Below, piece by piece: positions 56,134 to 64,000 of a DNA stretch of 64,000 nucleotides. The notes beneath the pieces are model-generated. The model searched no databases. It was not told where the DNA came from and saw only the letters and a program-made list of their open reading frames with translations. Where the stretch lies: the NCBI GenBank assembly GCA_035720985.1, contig DASTNI010000041.1:106740-170739 (forward strand). Direction: 5' to 3'. Position numbers and translations under genes: made by a program. Every line of letters begins with the position of its first letter. Position 1 is the first letter of the stretch. The DNA comes from Rhodanobacteraceae bacterium (GTDB lineage Bacteria; Pseudomonadota; Gammaproteobacteria; Xanthomonadales; Rhodanobacteraceae).

Positions 56134-56682
56134 CTAGCGCGCGTCAGCCAGTTCCACGTGCAGGCGCGTCGCGGCGGCGCGCCAAGCTGCCGCCATGGTG
56201 CCGTCGAATGCGCACAGAATGAGGCGGTGGGGCGTGTGCAATCGATACTGCTCGTCCGCCAGCACCGTCAGCGCCACACCCGCCGCAGCGTCGCGCGGGT
56301 ACCCGTACACGCCGCAACTGATGGCCGGAAACGCGAGGCTATCGATGTGGTGCTCGCGCGCAAGCGCGAGCGTGTGGTGGTGGCAGGCCGCAAGTAGCGT
56401 GGGCTCGTCGTTGTCGCCGCCGCGCCAGATCGGGCCGACCGTGTGGATCACCCAGCGCGCCGGCAGATCAAAACCCGGCGTGATGCGCGCCTCGCCGGTC
56501 GGACAGCGCACGCCGGGGCGCACTTCGACAAGCGCACGGCATGCGTCCAGCAGGCGGGGTCCGGCGGCGCGATGGATGGCGCCATCGACCCCGCCGCCGC
56601 CAAGCAGAGCTTCGTTCGCGGCGTTGACGATGGCGTCGACGGCGAGCGTCGTGATGTCGGCCTGGACGACTTCGATGCTCAT
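56134..56682 (-). CDS. ymdB: Macro domain protein (O-acetyl-ADP-ribose deacetylase, YmdB-like)
   Basis: Start trimmed to ATG at 56680-56682. DITTLAVDAIVNAANEALLGGGGVDGAIHRAAG and AFPAISCGVYGYP are present. Confidence 0.85.
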   Translation of the reverse strand: MSIEVVQADITTLAVDAIVNAANEALLGGGGVDGAIHRAAGPRLLDACRALVEVRPGVRCPTGEARITPGFDLPARWVIHTVGPIWRGGDNDEPTLLAACHHHTLALAREHHIDSLAFPAISCGVYGYPRDAAAGVALTVLADEQYRLHTPHRLILCAFDGTMAAAWRAAATRLHVELADAR

Positions 56683-56726
56683 GTCGATTCGTCCCCGCAG
56701 GCGAGCATCGTCCACGTCACGCCGTC

Positions 56727-56758
56727 ATTCCGGACGCTGTGCGGCAGCGATCCGGAAT
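56727..56758. repeat. Compound hairpin, REP family 2-like (ATTCCGGACGCTG-TGCGG-CAGCGATCCGGAAT)
   Basis: 8-bp outer and 5-bp inner stems, with one A bulge. It sits between mscL and the macro-domain gene. The flank GTCATTCCGG resembles the GTCATTCCCGC elements near 60354. Confidence 0.4.
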
Positions 56759-56797
56759 CCGCCTTTTGCGCGACCGGCCGACGCGGTTCCATCTTCC

Positions 56798-57196
56798 TCA
56801 GTGCGGCGGCTGCTTCAGCAGGTCGCGGATTTCCGTCAGCAGCGCGACTTCCGGCGGTGGTGCGGCGGGCGCGGCCTCCTTCCTCGGCATCACGCGCTGC
56901 AGGATGCGGATCACCACGAAGATCGCCAGCGCGATGATGACGAAGGTGATGATGTCGTTGATGAACGTGCCGTAGTTGATCGCGACGACATTCTTGGGGT
57001 CGGGCGCATCCTTGATGATGAACCTGAGCTTCGAGAAATCGATGCCGCCGGTGATCACCCCGATGGGCGGCATGATGACGTCGTTGACCAGCGAGGCAAC
57101 GATCTTGCCGAACGCGGCACCGATCACGACGCCCACCGCCATGTCGATCACGTTGCCGCGCGAAATGAACGCCTTGAAATCGCTTGCGAAGCTCAT
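56798..57196 (-). CDS. mscL: Large-conductance mechanosensitive channel
   Basis: Start trimmed to ATG at 57194-57196. FKAFISRGNVIDMAVGVVIGAAFGKIV is present. 132 aa. Confidence 0.95.
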   Translation of the reverse strand: MSFASDFKAFISRGNVIDMAVGVVIGAAFGKIVASLVNDVIMPPIGVITGGIDFSKLRFIIKDAPDPKNVVAINYGTFINDIITFVIIALAIFVVIRILQRVMPRKEAAPAAPPPEVALLTEIRDLLKQPPH

Positions 57197-57293
57197 GGGG
57201 CTCTCCTGGTCTGAACGTGAGCAGGCCGTCGCCTGCGCCGTCGTTGGCGGGGCCATTTAGGCACTGCGCGGGATGCCGTGCAACTGTGCGGCG

Positions 57294-57983
57294 TCAGACG
57301 ATGCGGCCATCCAGCGTGGCCACGCCCTGCAGTTCGGCGTGGAAGGTGTCGCCGCGCTCCAGCGGACCGACGCCGGCCGGCGTGCCCGTGAAGATGAGAT
57401 CACCGGCCTCGAGCTCGAACAGCTTCGACAGTTCGGCAATCACCTCCGCGACGGGCAGCAGCATGTGCTCGGTATTGCCGTCCTGGCGCACCGCGCCATT
57501 CACTTCAAGCAACAGCCGCGCGCGGAAGGGGTGACCGATTTCGCTGACCGCGCGCAGCGCCGATACCGGCGCCGAGTGGTCAAAACCCTTCGCAACATCC
57601 CACGGCGCGCCCTTCGCCTTCATCGCGGCCTGCAGGTCGCGCCGGGTGAGATCCAGCCCGACGCCATAGCCGAACACGCAATCGAGCGCGCGCGCGGCGG
57701 CGATGTCGCGGCCGCCGCGCGACAGCGCCGCCACCATTTCGATCTCGTGGTGCAACTGGCGCGTGGCAGGCGGGTAGGGAACGTCGCCGCCTTCCGGCAC
57801 GAGTGCATCGGCGGGTTTCATGAAAAACACCGGGTCGGGCGGCGCATCGGCCCGCGCGCCCATCTCGCGCGCGTGGGCGGCGTAGTTGCGGCCGATGCAG
57901 TAGATACGATGGACGGGAAAGCGGGCATCGCTGCCGGAGATGGGCAGGCGTGGCGTGGCAGCGGCATCAAAAACAAGCGACAT
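57294..57983 (-). CDS. Fumarylacetoacetate hydrolase (FAH) family protein
   Basis: 229 aa. RIYCIGRNYAAHAREMG ... HHEIEMV ... GDLIFTGTPAGVG. Confidence 0.85.
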   Translation of the reverse strand: MSLVFDAAATPRLPISGSDARFPVHRIYCIGRNYAAHAREMGARADAPPDPVFFMKPADALVPEGGDVPYPPATRQLHHEIEMVAALSRGGRDIAAARALDCVFGYGVGLDLTRRDLQAAMKAKGAPWDVAKGFDHSAPVSALRAVSEIGHPFRARLLLEVNGAVRQDGNTEHMLLPVAEVIAELSKLFELEAGDLIFTGTPAGVGPLERGDTFHAELQGVATLDGRIV

Positions 57984-58240
57984 GGCGTGACTCGTGGGTG
58001 GTGGGTGCGGCGATTTTACGGCGGCTCGCGGCGCTGGTTACGTCAGCGCGGCGCCGTACGGCGCCGCGACGGCGTGCGCCCACGGTGCCCGCTGCGCCTG
58101 CCGCGCCTGCCGCGCCACGGATTCCGGCATGACAGATGTCAGGTGCGATGCTTGATGGCCGCCGGTGACGCCATCGGTGGCGAGGCGGCACGATGTGCGA
58201 CACTTGCGCGGCCCAGGGCGGCGCACGGTGGATGGCGGGG

Positions 58241-59479
58241 ATGAGCGACGGCGACACCAGCAAGGACCTTCTGCACGAACTGCGGATCGACAGCGCACAG
58301 CGCGACGATGGCGAGTCGCGTGGTCCACGCTGGCCGTGGATCGTCGGCGGCGTGATCGTGCTGCTGATTGCCGCGGGGGGCGCGGCGTTCCTGCTGCGCC
58401 CGCGCGCGGTGACCGTCCAGACGACCACCGCGGTGGCGCTGGCGTCGGCCGGCAACGATGCCGCGGTGCTGCAGGCGACGGGCTACGTCGTCGCGCGGCG
58501 GCAGGCGACGGTCGCCGCGCAGATCATCGGCACGTTGACGCAGGTGCTGGTCGAGGAGGGGGAACGCGTCGCCAAGGGACAAGTGCTCGCGCGCATCGAT
58601 GACACCCAATATGTCGCACAGCTGGATAACGCCAAGGCGCAGTACGCCGCTGCGCAGGCGCAGGTGCTGAAGGCGCGCGCCACGCTGCGGCAGGATCAGG
58701 CGGATGCCGCGCGCCTGGATGCGGTGGTCGCGCGCGGTTACGTGTCCAAACAGTCGGCGCAGCAGGCCGATACCCAGGTCGCCACAGATCGCGCGTTGGT
58801 CGATGTTGCGGTGAAGCAGGCCGTGGCGGCGCAGGCCAACGTGAACCTCGCCGACGTGAATCTTGGCTACACCATCATCCGTGCGCCGTTCGCCGGCGTC
58901 GTCACCGTCAAGGACGCCGAGGTGGGCCAGATCGTGTCGCCGTACACGGTGGGCGGCGGCGGGATCGCGACCATCGTCGACATGAATTCGCTGGAGGTCG
59001 ACGTCGACGTCAACGAGACCTACATCAGCCGCGTGAGACCCGCCATGCCGGTGCAGGCGGTACTCGACGCGTATCCCGACTGGAAGATCCCCGCGCACGT
59101 GATCGCCATCATCCCGAGCGCCGACAAGAGCAAGGCCACGGTGAAGGTGCGCATCGCACTGGATCGAAAGGACCCACGCATCATTCCGCAGATGGGCGTG
59201 CGGGTGTCGTTCCTGGAAAAGTCCGCGAAGAATGAAAAGCCACTGCCCGGAGTGCTGGTGCCCAAGACCGCGGTGGTGCAGCGCGAAGGCAAGGACGTCG
59301 CGTTCGTGGTCACGAATGGGCATGTGAGGCAGACGCCGGTCACGACGGGCGGCGAATTCTCGGACATGATCCAGGTGTTGTCGGGCGTCGATGCCGGCGC
59401 GAGCGTGGTGACGACGCCTTCGGCGAAGTTGAAGGGTGGCGACAAGGTGCAGGTGACGACTACGGGTGGGGGCCAATAG
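58241..59479 (+). CDS. Efflux transporter periplasmic adaptor (MacA/HlyD family)
   Basis: ATG at 58241 is chosen; the track ORF starts at 58193. TM anchor, coiled-coil hairpin (AQYAAAQAQVLKARATL...) and beta-barrel region (IRAPFAGVVTVKDAEVGQ). Confidence 0.85.
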   Translation: MSDGDTSKDLLHELRIDSAQRDDGESRGPRWPWIVGGVIVLLIAAGGAAFLLRPRAVTVQTTTAVALASAGNDAAVLQATGYVVARRQATVAAQIIGTLTQVLVEEGERVAKGQVLARIDDTQYVAQLDNAKAQYAAAQAQVLKARATLRQDQADAARLDAVVARGYVSKQSAQQADTQVATDRALVDVAVKQAVAAQANVNLADVNLGYTIIRAPFAGVVTVKDAEVGQIVSPYTVGGGGIATIVDMNSLEVDVDVNETYISRVRPAMPVQAVLDAYPDWKIPAHVIAIIPSADKSKATVKVRIALDRKDPRIIPQMGVRVSFLEKSAKNEKPLPGVLVPKTAVVQREGKDVAFVVTNGHVRQTPVTTGGEFSDMIQVLSGVDAGASVVTTPSAKLKGGDKVQVTTTGGGQ

Positions 59480-59551
59480 GTTCTCCGCAAGCTCTCAGGT
59501 CGTCATCTCGGCGCAAGCGGAGATCCAGCGACTTGAACGGGCAAAGACACT

Positions 59552-59579
59552 GGAATCCCGTCTGTGCGGGAATGACGAC
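59552..59579. repeat. REP family 2 copy (GGAATCCCGTCTGTGCGGGAATGACGAC)
   Basis: CCCG-N6-CGGG hairpin with a GAATGACGAC tail. It lies in the 116-nt gap between the adaptor and ABC ATPase genes and is related to the copies at 60354-60464. Confidence 0.5.
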
Positions 59580-59595
59580 AGGGCAGGAGACGACG

Positions 59596-60318
59596 ATGAA
59601 CGCAGCAGTCGCAGCAGAGCAGACTGACAACGGCCCGCTGGTGCAGATCCGCGGCCTGTCGAAGATCTATACCCGCGGCAAGCAGAAGCTCGAGGTTTTG
59701 CACCACATCAATCTCGACATTGCGCGCGGCGACTTCTTCGCGCTGATGGGGCCGTCGGGCTCGGGCAAGACGACGTTGCTGAACCTGATCGGTGGCCTGG
59801 ATTCGCCGACCGACGGCAGCCTCGAAGTCGGCGGCAAGCGCATCGACAAGATGCGCGAGGACCAGCTTGCGAAGTGGCGCGCCGGCAACGTAGGGTTCGT
59901 GTTCCAGTTCTACAACCTGATGCCGGGGCTCACCGCGCAGAAGAACGTGGAACTGCCGCTGCTGCTGACCAAACTTTCCGGCGCCAAGCGGAAGAGGAAC
60001 GCCGCGATCGCACTGCAGTTGGTGGGCCTGGCCGACCGTGCCACGCACAAGCCCAGCGAGCTGTCGGGTGGGCAGCAGCAGCGTGTGGCGATCGCGCGTG
60101 CGATCGTGTCCGATCCGACGTTGCTGGTGTGCGACGAGCCGACCGGCGACCTCGATCGCGAATCCGCCGAGGACGTGCTGACGCTCTTGCAGCGGCTCAA
60201 CCGCGAACACGGCAAGACCATCGTGATGGTCACGCACGATCCCAAGGCCGCCGAGTACGCAAGCCACACGCTGCACCTCGACAAGGGGACATTGGTCGAC
60301 CAGGGAGCGATTGCGTGA
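59596..60318 (+). CDS. ABC transporter ATP-binding protein (MacB/LolD-type NBD)
   Basis: ATG at 59596 follows CAGGAGA. Walker A GPSGSGKTT, signature LSGGQQQRVAIARA, Walker B LLVCDEPTGDLD. Confidence 0.9.
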   Translation: MNAAVAAEQTDNGPLVQIRGLSKIYTRGKQKLEVLHHINLDIARGDFFALMGPSGSGKTTLLNLIGGLDSPTDGSLEVGGKRIDKMREDQLAKWRAGNVGFVFQFYNLMPGLTAQKNVELPLLLTKLSGAKRKRNAAIALQLVGLADRATHKPSELSGGQQQRVAIARAIVSDPTLLVCDEPTGDLDRESAEDVLTLLQRLNREHGKTIVMVTHDPKAAEYASHTLHLDKGTLVDQGAIA

Positions 60319-60353
60319 GTGGCCGCGCGTTCCGTACCGCGCTCCGAGTTCCC

Positions 60354-60464
60354 GTCATTCCCGCCTGCGCGGGCATGACGACAAGAGAGGGAGACGCTGA
60401 TTCTGGTCTGCGCGGGAACGATGGCAAGGGAAAAGGTGATGGATTCCCGCTTATGCGGGAATAG
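60354..60464. repeat. Cluster of three REP family 2 copies
   Basis: The copies are GTCATTCCCGCCTGCGCGGGCATGACGAC (60354-60382), a degenerate GATTCTGGTCTGCGCGGGAACGATGGC (60398-60424), and GGATTCCCGCTTATGCGGGAATAG (60441-60464, 8-bp perfect stem). All lie in the 200-nt gap between the ATPase and first permease genes. Confidence 0.55.
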
Positions 60465-60518
60465 CTTGCGGCCAAGGTTTCGGGTTTCGGCAATCCTGGA
60501 GACGGCAGGAGTAGGTGC

Positions 60519-61682
60519 ATGAAATATTTTCATCTGGTGTGGTCCGCCCTGATGCGCCGCAAGACGCGCACGATTTTCACCATGGTGTCGGTGCTGGCCG
60601 CATTCCTGTTGTTCGGCATGCTCGATTCCGTGCGTACGGCGTTCGCCGATGCGGGCCACAGCGTGAGTGGCGCGAGCCAGTTGATCACGATGAACAAGCT
60701 CGGGCTGGGCAGCCAGTTGCCGCTCAGCCTCGAGGACCAGATTGCGCGGGTGCCGGGTGTCGAAGCCGTGGTGCGCACCGACTGGTTTGGCGGCATTTAC
60801 CAGGACCCGAAGAACTTCTTCCCCAACATGGCGGTGGGCGCCAACGTGTTCGACGTGACACCGGATGTCACGATGTCGCCGGACCAGATCAAGGCGTTCC
60901 AGACCACGCGCGACGGTGCGGTCGTTGGCGCGGCGCTGGCCAAGAAATTCGGCTGGAAGCTCGGCGACAAGATTCCGCTGGAGGCGACGATCTGGCCCAA
61001 GAAGGATGGCAGCAACACCTGGACGTTCACGCTGGTCGGCATTTTCCACGCCAAAAAGGCCGGCGATGCCGCCGCCGAGGGCCAGATGCTGTTCCGCTGG
61101 AAATATTTCGACGAGGCACGGCAGTTTGGCAACGGCACGGTGGGCTGGTACCAGGAGCAAATCGCAAGTCCGGATCAGGCTCCGGCGATCGTCAAGGCGA
61201 TCGACGCGCTCAGCGCCAATTCCGACCACGAAACCAAGACCCAGACCGCCAACGCCTTTGCTTCGTCGTTCATCAGCCAGTTTGCCAACGTCAGCCTGAT
61301 CGTCAGCGGCATCATGGCGGCGGTGTTCTTCACGCTGATTCTGCTTACCGGCAACACCATGGCGCAGGCGGTGCGCGAGCGCATTCCGGAACTGGCCGTG
61401 CTGAAGACGATCGGCTTCAGCAACCGCAGCGTGCTGTCGCTGGTGCTGGCTGAAGCGGTGTTTCTCGTGGTGCTCGGGGGCGTCATCGGCATGCTGCTGG
61501 CGATGGCCGTCGTCGGGGCGCTCAAGGCAAGCATGGGCAGCACGCTGCCGATGGCCAACGTCGCTGGCCCCATCTGGGGTGAAGCGATCGTGCTGATGCT
61601 GGTGATCGGGGTGGTCGTTGGCGTGTTGCCGGCGCTGCGCGGCATGCGCCTCAAGATCGTCGACGCACTGGCCGGGCGCTGA
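60519..61682 (+). CDS. ABC transporter permease, FtsX/MacB-type (permease 1)
   Basis: 387 aa. MKYFHLVWSALMRRKTRTIFT, a periplasmic domain, and three C-terminal TM segments (FtsX-like). Confidence 0.85.
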   Translation: MKYFHLVWSALMRRKTRTIFTMVSVLAAFLLFGMLDSVRTAFADAGHSVSGASQLITMNKLGLGSQLPLSLEDQIARVPGVEAVVRTDWFGGIYQDPKNFFPNMAVGANVFDVTPDVTMSPDQIKAFQTTRDGAVVGAALAKKFGWKLGDKIPLEATIWPKKDGSNTWTFTLVGIFHAKKAGDAAAEGQMLFRWKYFDEARQFGNGTVGWYQEQIASPDQAPAIVKAIDALSANSDHETKTQTANAFASSFISQFANVSLIVSGIMAAVFFTLILLTGNTMAQAVRERIPELAVLKTIGFSNRSVLSLVLAEAVFLVVLGGVIGMLLAMAVVGALKASMGSTLPMANVAGPIWGEAIVLMLVIGVVVGVLPALRGMRLKIVDALAGR

Positions 61683-61693
61683 GGGAGAACGTC

Positions 61694-63010
61694 ATGAAAA
61701 GGTTCCTGCGCGGTCTGCTGCTGCTGGTGATCCTCATCGTGTGCCTCGTGGTCTGGTCGTTCCTGCCATGGTACGGAGCCGTCGCCGCGGTGGTGATCCT
61801 GGCGCTGTGGCTGGCGTTCACGCGAGTCGGGCGACGCACGCTGAGCGTGACCGGCGTCGGCCTGGCAACGTTGCCTTCACGCTGGGGTGCATCTTCGGTC
61901 ATCGTGATCGGCATCGCGGGCGTGGTCGGCGTGCTGGTCGCGTTGCTGGCCATGGGTGAGGGTCTTTCCGCAACCCTGCGCGGTACCGGCAACGATGCCA
62001 CCGCGATCGTGTTGCGCGCGGGTTCGAAGGTCGAGGCCAATTCGGTGCTCATGCACGACCAAGTCGTATTGATCGGGCAGGCGGCAAGCGTCGCGCGCGA
62101 CGCGCAGGGCCACCCCATCGCGTCGCCGGAGCTGCTGCTGGCGGCATCGCTGCCGAAGCAGAACGGGCAGGATGCCAATCTGTCCGTACGCGGCATCGGT
62201 ACCGAGGCCTGGGCGGTGCGCCCGGACGTGAAGATCATCGCCGGGCGCAGGTTCACGCCGGGCACACTCGAGCTCGACGTTGGCAAGGGCGTGGCCGCGC
62301 AGTTCCGCGGCATGACGGTCGGTTCGTCCGTGCAGCTTGCCAACCAGCAATGGAAGATCGTCGGCGAGTTCGATTCCGGCGATGCGTTCAATTCCGAGAT
62401 CTGGGCCGACAAGGACACCATCGGGCCGGTCTACCACCGGGGCAGCAGCGCATCGTCCGTAACTGTGCGGCTCACGTCACCGGCAGCGCTGGGCCAGTTC
62501 AAGGCGGCGTTGGCGGCGGATCCGCAGTTGAAGGTCGATGCCGAGACCACGCACAAATATTTCGCGGACCAGTCGGGCGGCATCAACAAGCTCATCCGCA
62601 CGCTGGGCACCGCGATCGCGGCGATCATGGCGATCGGCGCCGTGTTCGGCGCGCTGAACTCGATGTACGCGGCCGTGGCGACGCGCGCGCGTGAGATCGC
62701 CACCTTGCGCGCCGTCGGCTTCCGCGGCACGCCGGTGGTCGTCTCGGTGCTGATGGAAACGATGCTGCTGGCGCTGGCCGGCGGCGTGCTGGGGGCGCTC
62801 GTGGCCTGGCTGATCTTCGGCCACTTCACGGCGTCGACTTCCGCTGGGGGCGGCTTCAGCTTCACCCAGATGGTGTTCCAGTTTCGCGTGACGCCGGCGC
62901 TGGTGTGGAATGGGCTCAAGTGGGCGCTGGCCATCGGCTTCGTGGGCGGGCTGTTTCCGGCGCTGCGTGCTTCGCGGCTGCCGGTGACGACGGCGTTGCG
63001 GGAGCTTTGA
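61694..63010 (+). CDS. ABC transporter permease, FtsX/MacB-type (permease 2)
   Basis: 438 aa with the same topology. REIATLRAVGFRG ... the FtsX domain ends in LPVTTALREL. Confidence 0.85.
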   Translation: MKRFLRGLLLLVILIVCLVVWSFLPWYGAVAAVVILALWLAFTRVGRRTLSVTGVGLATLPSRWGASSVIVIGIAGVVGVLVALLAMGEGLSATLRGTGNDATAIVLRAGSKVEANSVLMHDQVVLIGQAASVARDAQGHPIASPELLLAASLPKQNGQDANLSVRGIGTEAWAVRPDVKIIAGRRFTPGTLELDVGKGVAAQFRGMTVGSSVQLANQQWKIVGEFDSGDAFNSEIWADKDTIGPVYHRGSSASSVTVRLTSPAALGQFKAALAADPQLKVDAETTHKYFADQSGGINKLIRTLGTAIAAIMAIGAVFGALNSMYAAVATRAREIATLRAVGFRGTPVVVSVLMETMLLALAGGVLGALVAWLIFGHFTASTSAGGGFSFTQMVFQFRVTPALVWNGLKWALAIGFVGGLFPALRASRLPVTTALREL

Positions 63011-63026
63011 GCGGTTGCGCAGCGCG

Positions 63027-63314
63027 TTACGTTGTTCGCTGCGACGCCGGATCAGCCGTTCGTGGCCCGGACACGGGCGCCGTCTGTGTGCTGGTGGCTC
63101 GGGCGACGGGCCGCTGTGCCGCATCGCGGGCCTTTTGCACCAGTTCGCGGCACTTGGCCGACTTTTTCTCTAGGTGCTCGGTCCGGACCGGATCGGGCGT
63201 CTTGCCGTCGGTTTCCTTCGCGTGGACCTGCTGCGACGTGGTCACGGTAGATGGATCGATGAGGGCTGCCTGGAGGCACAAGGCGGCGACCGCTGAGTAA
63301 GCACCAATTCCCAC
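63027..63314 (-). CDS. Hypothetical small protein (95 aa)
   Basis: The ORF has coding-like G/C third positions and a hydrophobic N-terminus (GIGAYSAVAALCLQAALI). I recognise no family. Confidence 0.35.
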   Translation of the reverse strand: MGIGAYSAVAALCLQAALIDPSTVTTSQQVHAKETDGKTPDPVRTEHLEKKSAKCRELVQKARDAAQRPVARATSTQTAPVSGPRTADPASQRTT

Positions 63315-63627
63315 GATCTTTCAAATGCAAGGGAATCGGTTGACGATCTCGCTACGGTGCCATTTGGAGCCCCGGCCGAACGCATGAAGTTCATCGTGAA
63401 GCACAGGGGTATGTATCACAGCCCCTTTTCTCGATTACGAGGCCGGCGCGTTCACGTCACGATTCAAGGGGACGTTGGAGGTCATACCGCTTCGCGTGCG
63501 ACGCCTTCCGGACGAGACACCGGCGGTGTGACGCTTGAAATATTGGGAGGCAGCGGTGCATCTCGACTTGATGCGTTATTTGCAGCGATTACGTTTGGGG
63601 GTATCCGCGGAGGGTGTTCGATCTGCG

Positions 63628-63647
63628 GCGCGCAATGCATTGCGCGC
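63628..63647. repeat. 20-bp perfect palindrome GCGCGCAATGCATTGCGCGC
   Basis: Verified base by base. It lies in the low-confidence-coding region at the G+C transition. Confidence 0.6.
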
Positions 63648-63883
63648 ACCGCACCGAACGCATCGCTGGGCCGGTGCCCGGGATCGGATCGTCGTGGATC
63701 GGGTTGCCTGCCGTGAGATAGCGCGAACGAATCATTGCTACCGTTGAGGACCGCCAGTTTTTCGGAGGGCTGGCGCTCGCTATCGCCGTTCCTGATCCTA
63801 TTCTTGCCACGAAAATGGATGGCGTCGGCGCATTAACGCCGGAATATAGCGTCGAGCGTAGCGCGTCCGTTTGAATATTAGGA

Positions 63884-64000
63884 TTATTCATTAATGCTTG
63901 ACGGAAGAGCCATAAAGTCTTCCGTTCTTTCAAGTTTATTCATTACGGCATGAAGTTGCGGAGGGGGTGCGATGAGCTTTCGCGCGTCCAGATGTAACCA
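63884..64000 (-). CDS. Possible 3' end of a low-GC gene running in from beyond the window (38 codons plus stop)
   Basis: The minus frame from base 64000 reads WLHLDARKLIAPPPQLHAVMNKLERTEDFMALPSSINE followed by a stop. Codons ending in A/T are frequent, unlike the rest of the window. A TTG-start ORF (63589..63933) competes with it in another frame. Confidence 0.2.
   Translation of the reverse strand, partial: WLHLDARKLIAPPPQLHAVMNKLERTEDFMALPSSINE

Noticed and set aside
58085-58135. A tandem CGCCTGCCG x2 and a half-REP-like GGATTCCGGCATGAC upstream of the adaptor gene.
   Set aside because: It is too short and degenerate to call as a repeat or an operator. It is noted only as a possible decayed REP.
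63357-63716. A Cys-rich 119-aa plus-strand ORF (…GGCSICGAQCIARTAPNASLGRCPGSDRRGSGCLP) considered as a possible RiPP-like precursor.
   Set aside because: There is no adjacent modification enzyme, transporter or leader-like features. The codon pattern is poor, and the ORF overlaps competing ORFs on the other strand. Evidence is insufficient.

Overview
High-GC gammaproteobacterial chromosome segment. Gene order and REP-type repeats suggest Xanthomonadales/Lysobacterales, but that placement is inference only. About 60 protein genes are tightly packed and almost all are core housekeeping. Left to right: fadE (3' part), a lone HTH-GHKL-DUF4325 gene that looks frameshifted, fghA, prfC, and an M20 peptidase. 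Next is a MarR-headed GST/VOC/GST/DUF899 detoxification-like cluster. A SAM-I riboswitch controls metX-metB-hom, followed by an APC permease, pepQ, and a translationally coupled DUF1631/PilZ pair. The rph-GNAT-rdgB-hemW-CPXCG operon comes next, then a cobalamin riboswitch with metE. The segment yicC-gmk, mlaFEDCB and mlaA, and rpoZ-spoT-ridA-recG follows, then rpmE (type B), gltA, mrcA divergent from pilMNOPQ, and a MoxR-DUF58-DUF4381-BatA-BatB/C-BatD operon. The window closes with a macro-domain gene, mscL, an FAH-family gene, and a four-gene MacA-like adaptor/ABC ATPase/two FtsX-permease exporter. I saw no rRNA, tRNA, CRISPR array, IS element, integrase or prophage genes. Points worth a second look: the doubly frameshifted HTH-GHKL-DUF4325 gene; a 15-nt motif shared by the metX and metE promoters; an unannotated codon-biased small ORF between spoT and ridA; a 58-codon ORF bridging mlaE and mlaD with ATGA overlaps at both ends; two REP families, one sitting inside the ABC exporter operon; and a sharp G+C drop with a 20-bp perfect palindrome in the last ~700 bp, possibly an island edge. 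I found no convincing novel multi-gene system. The poorly understood clusters (DUF1631-PilZ, the Bat operon, the GST/VOC cluster) are the best candidates. All calls come from reading the translations and sequence by eye, and no searches were run.
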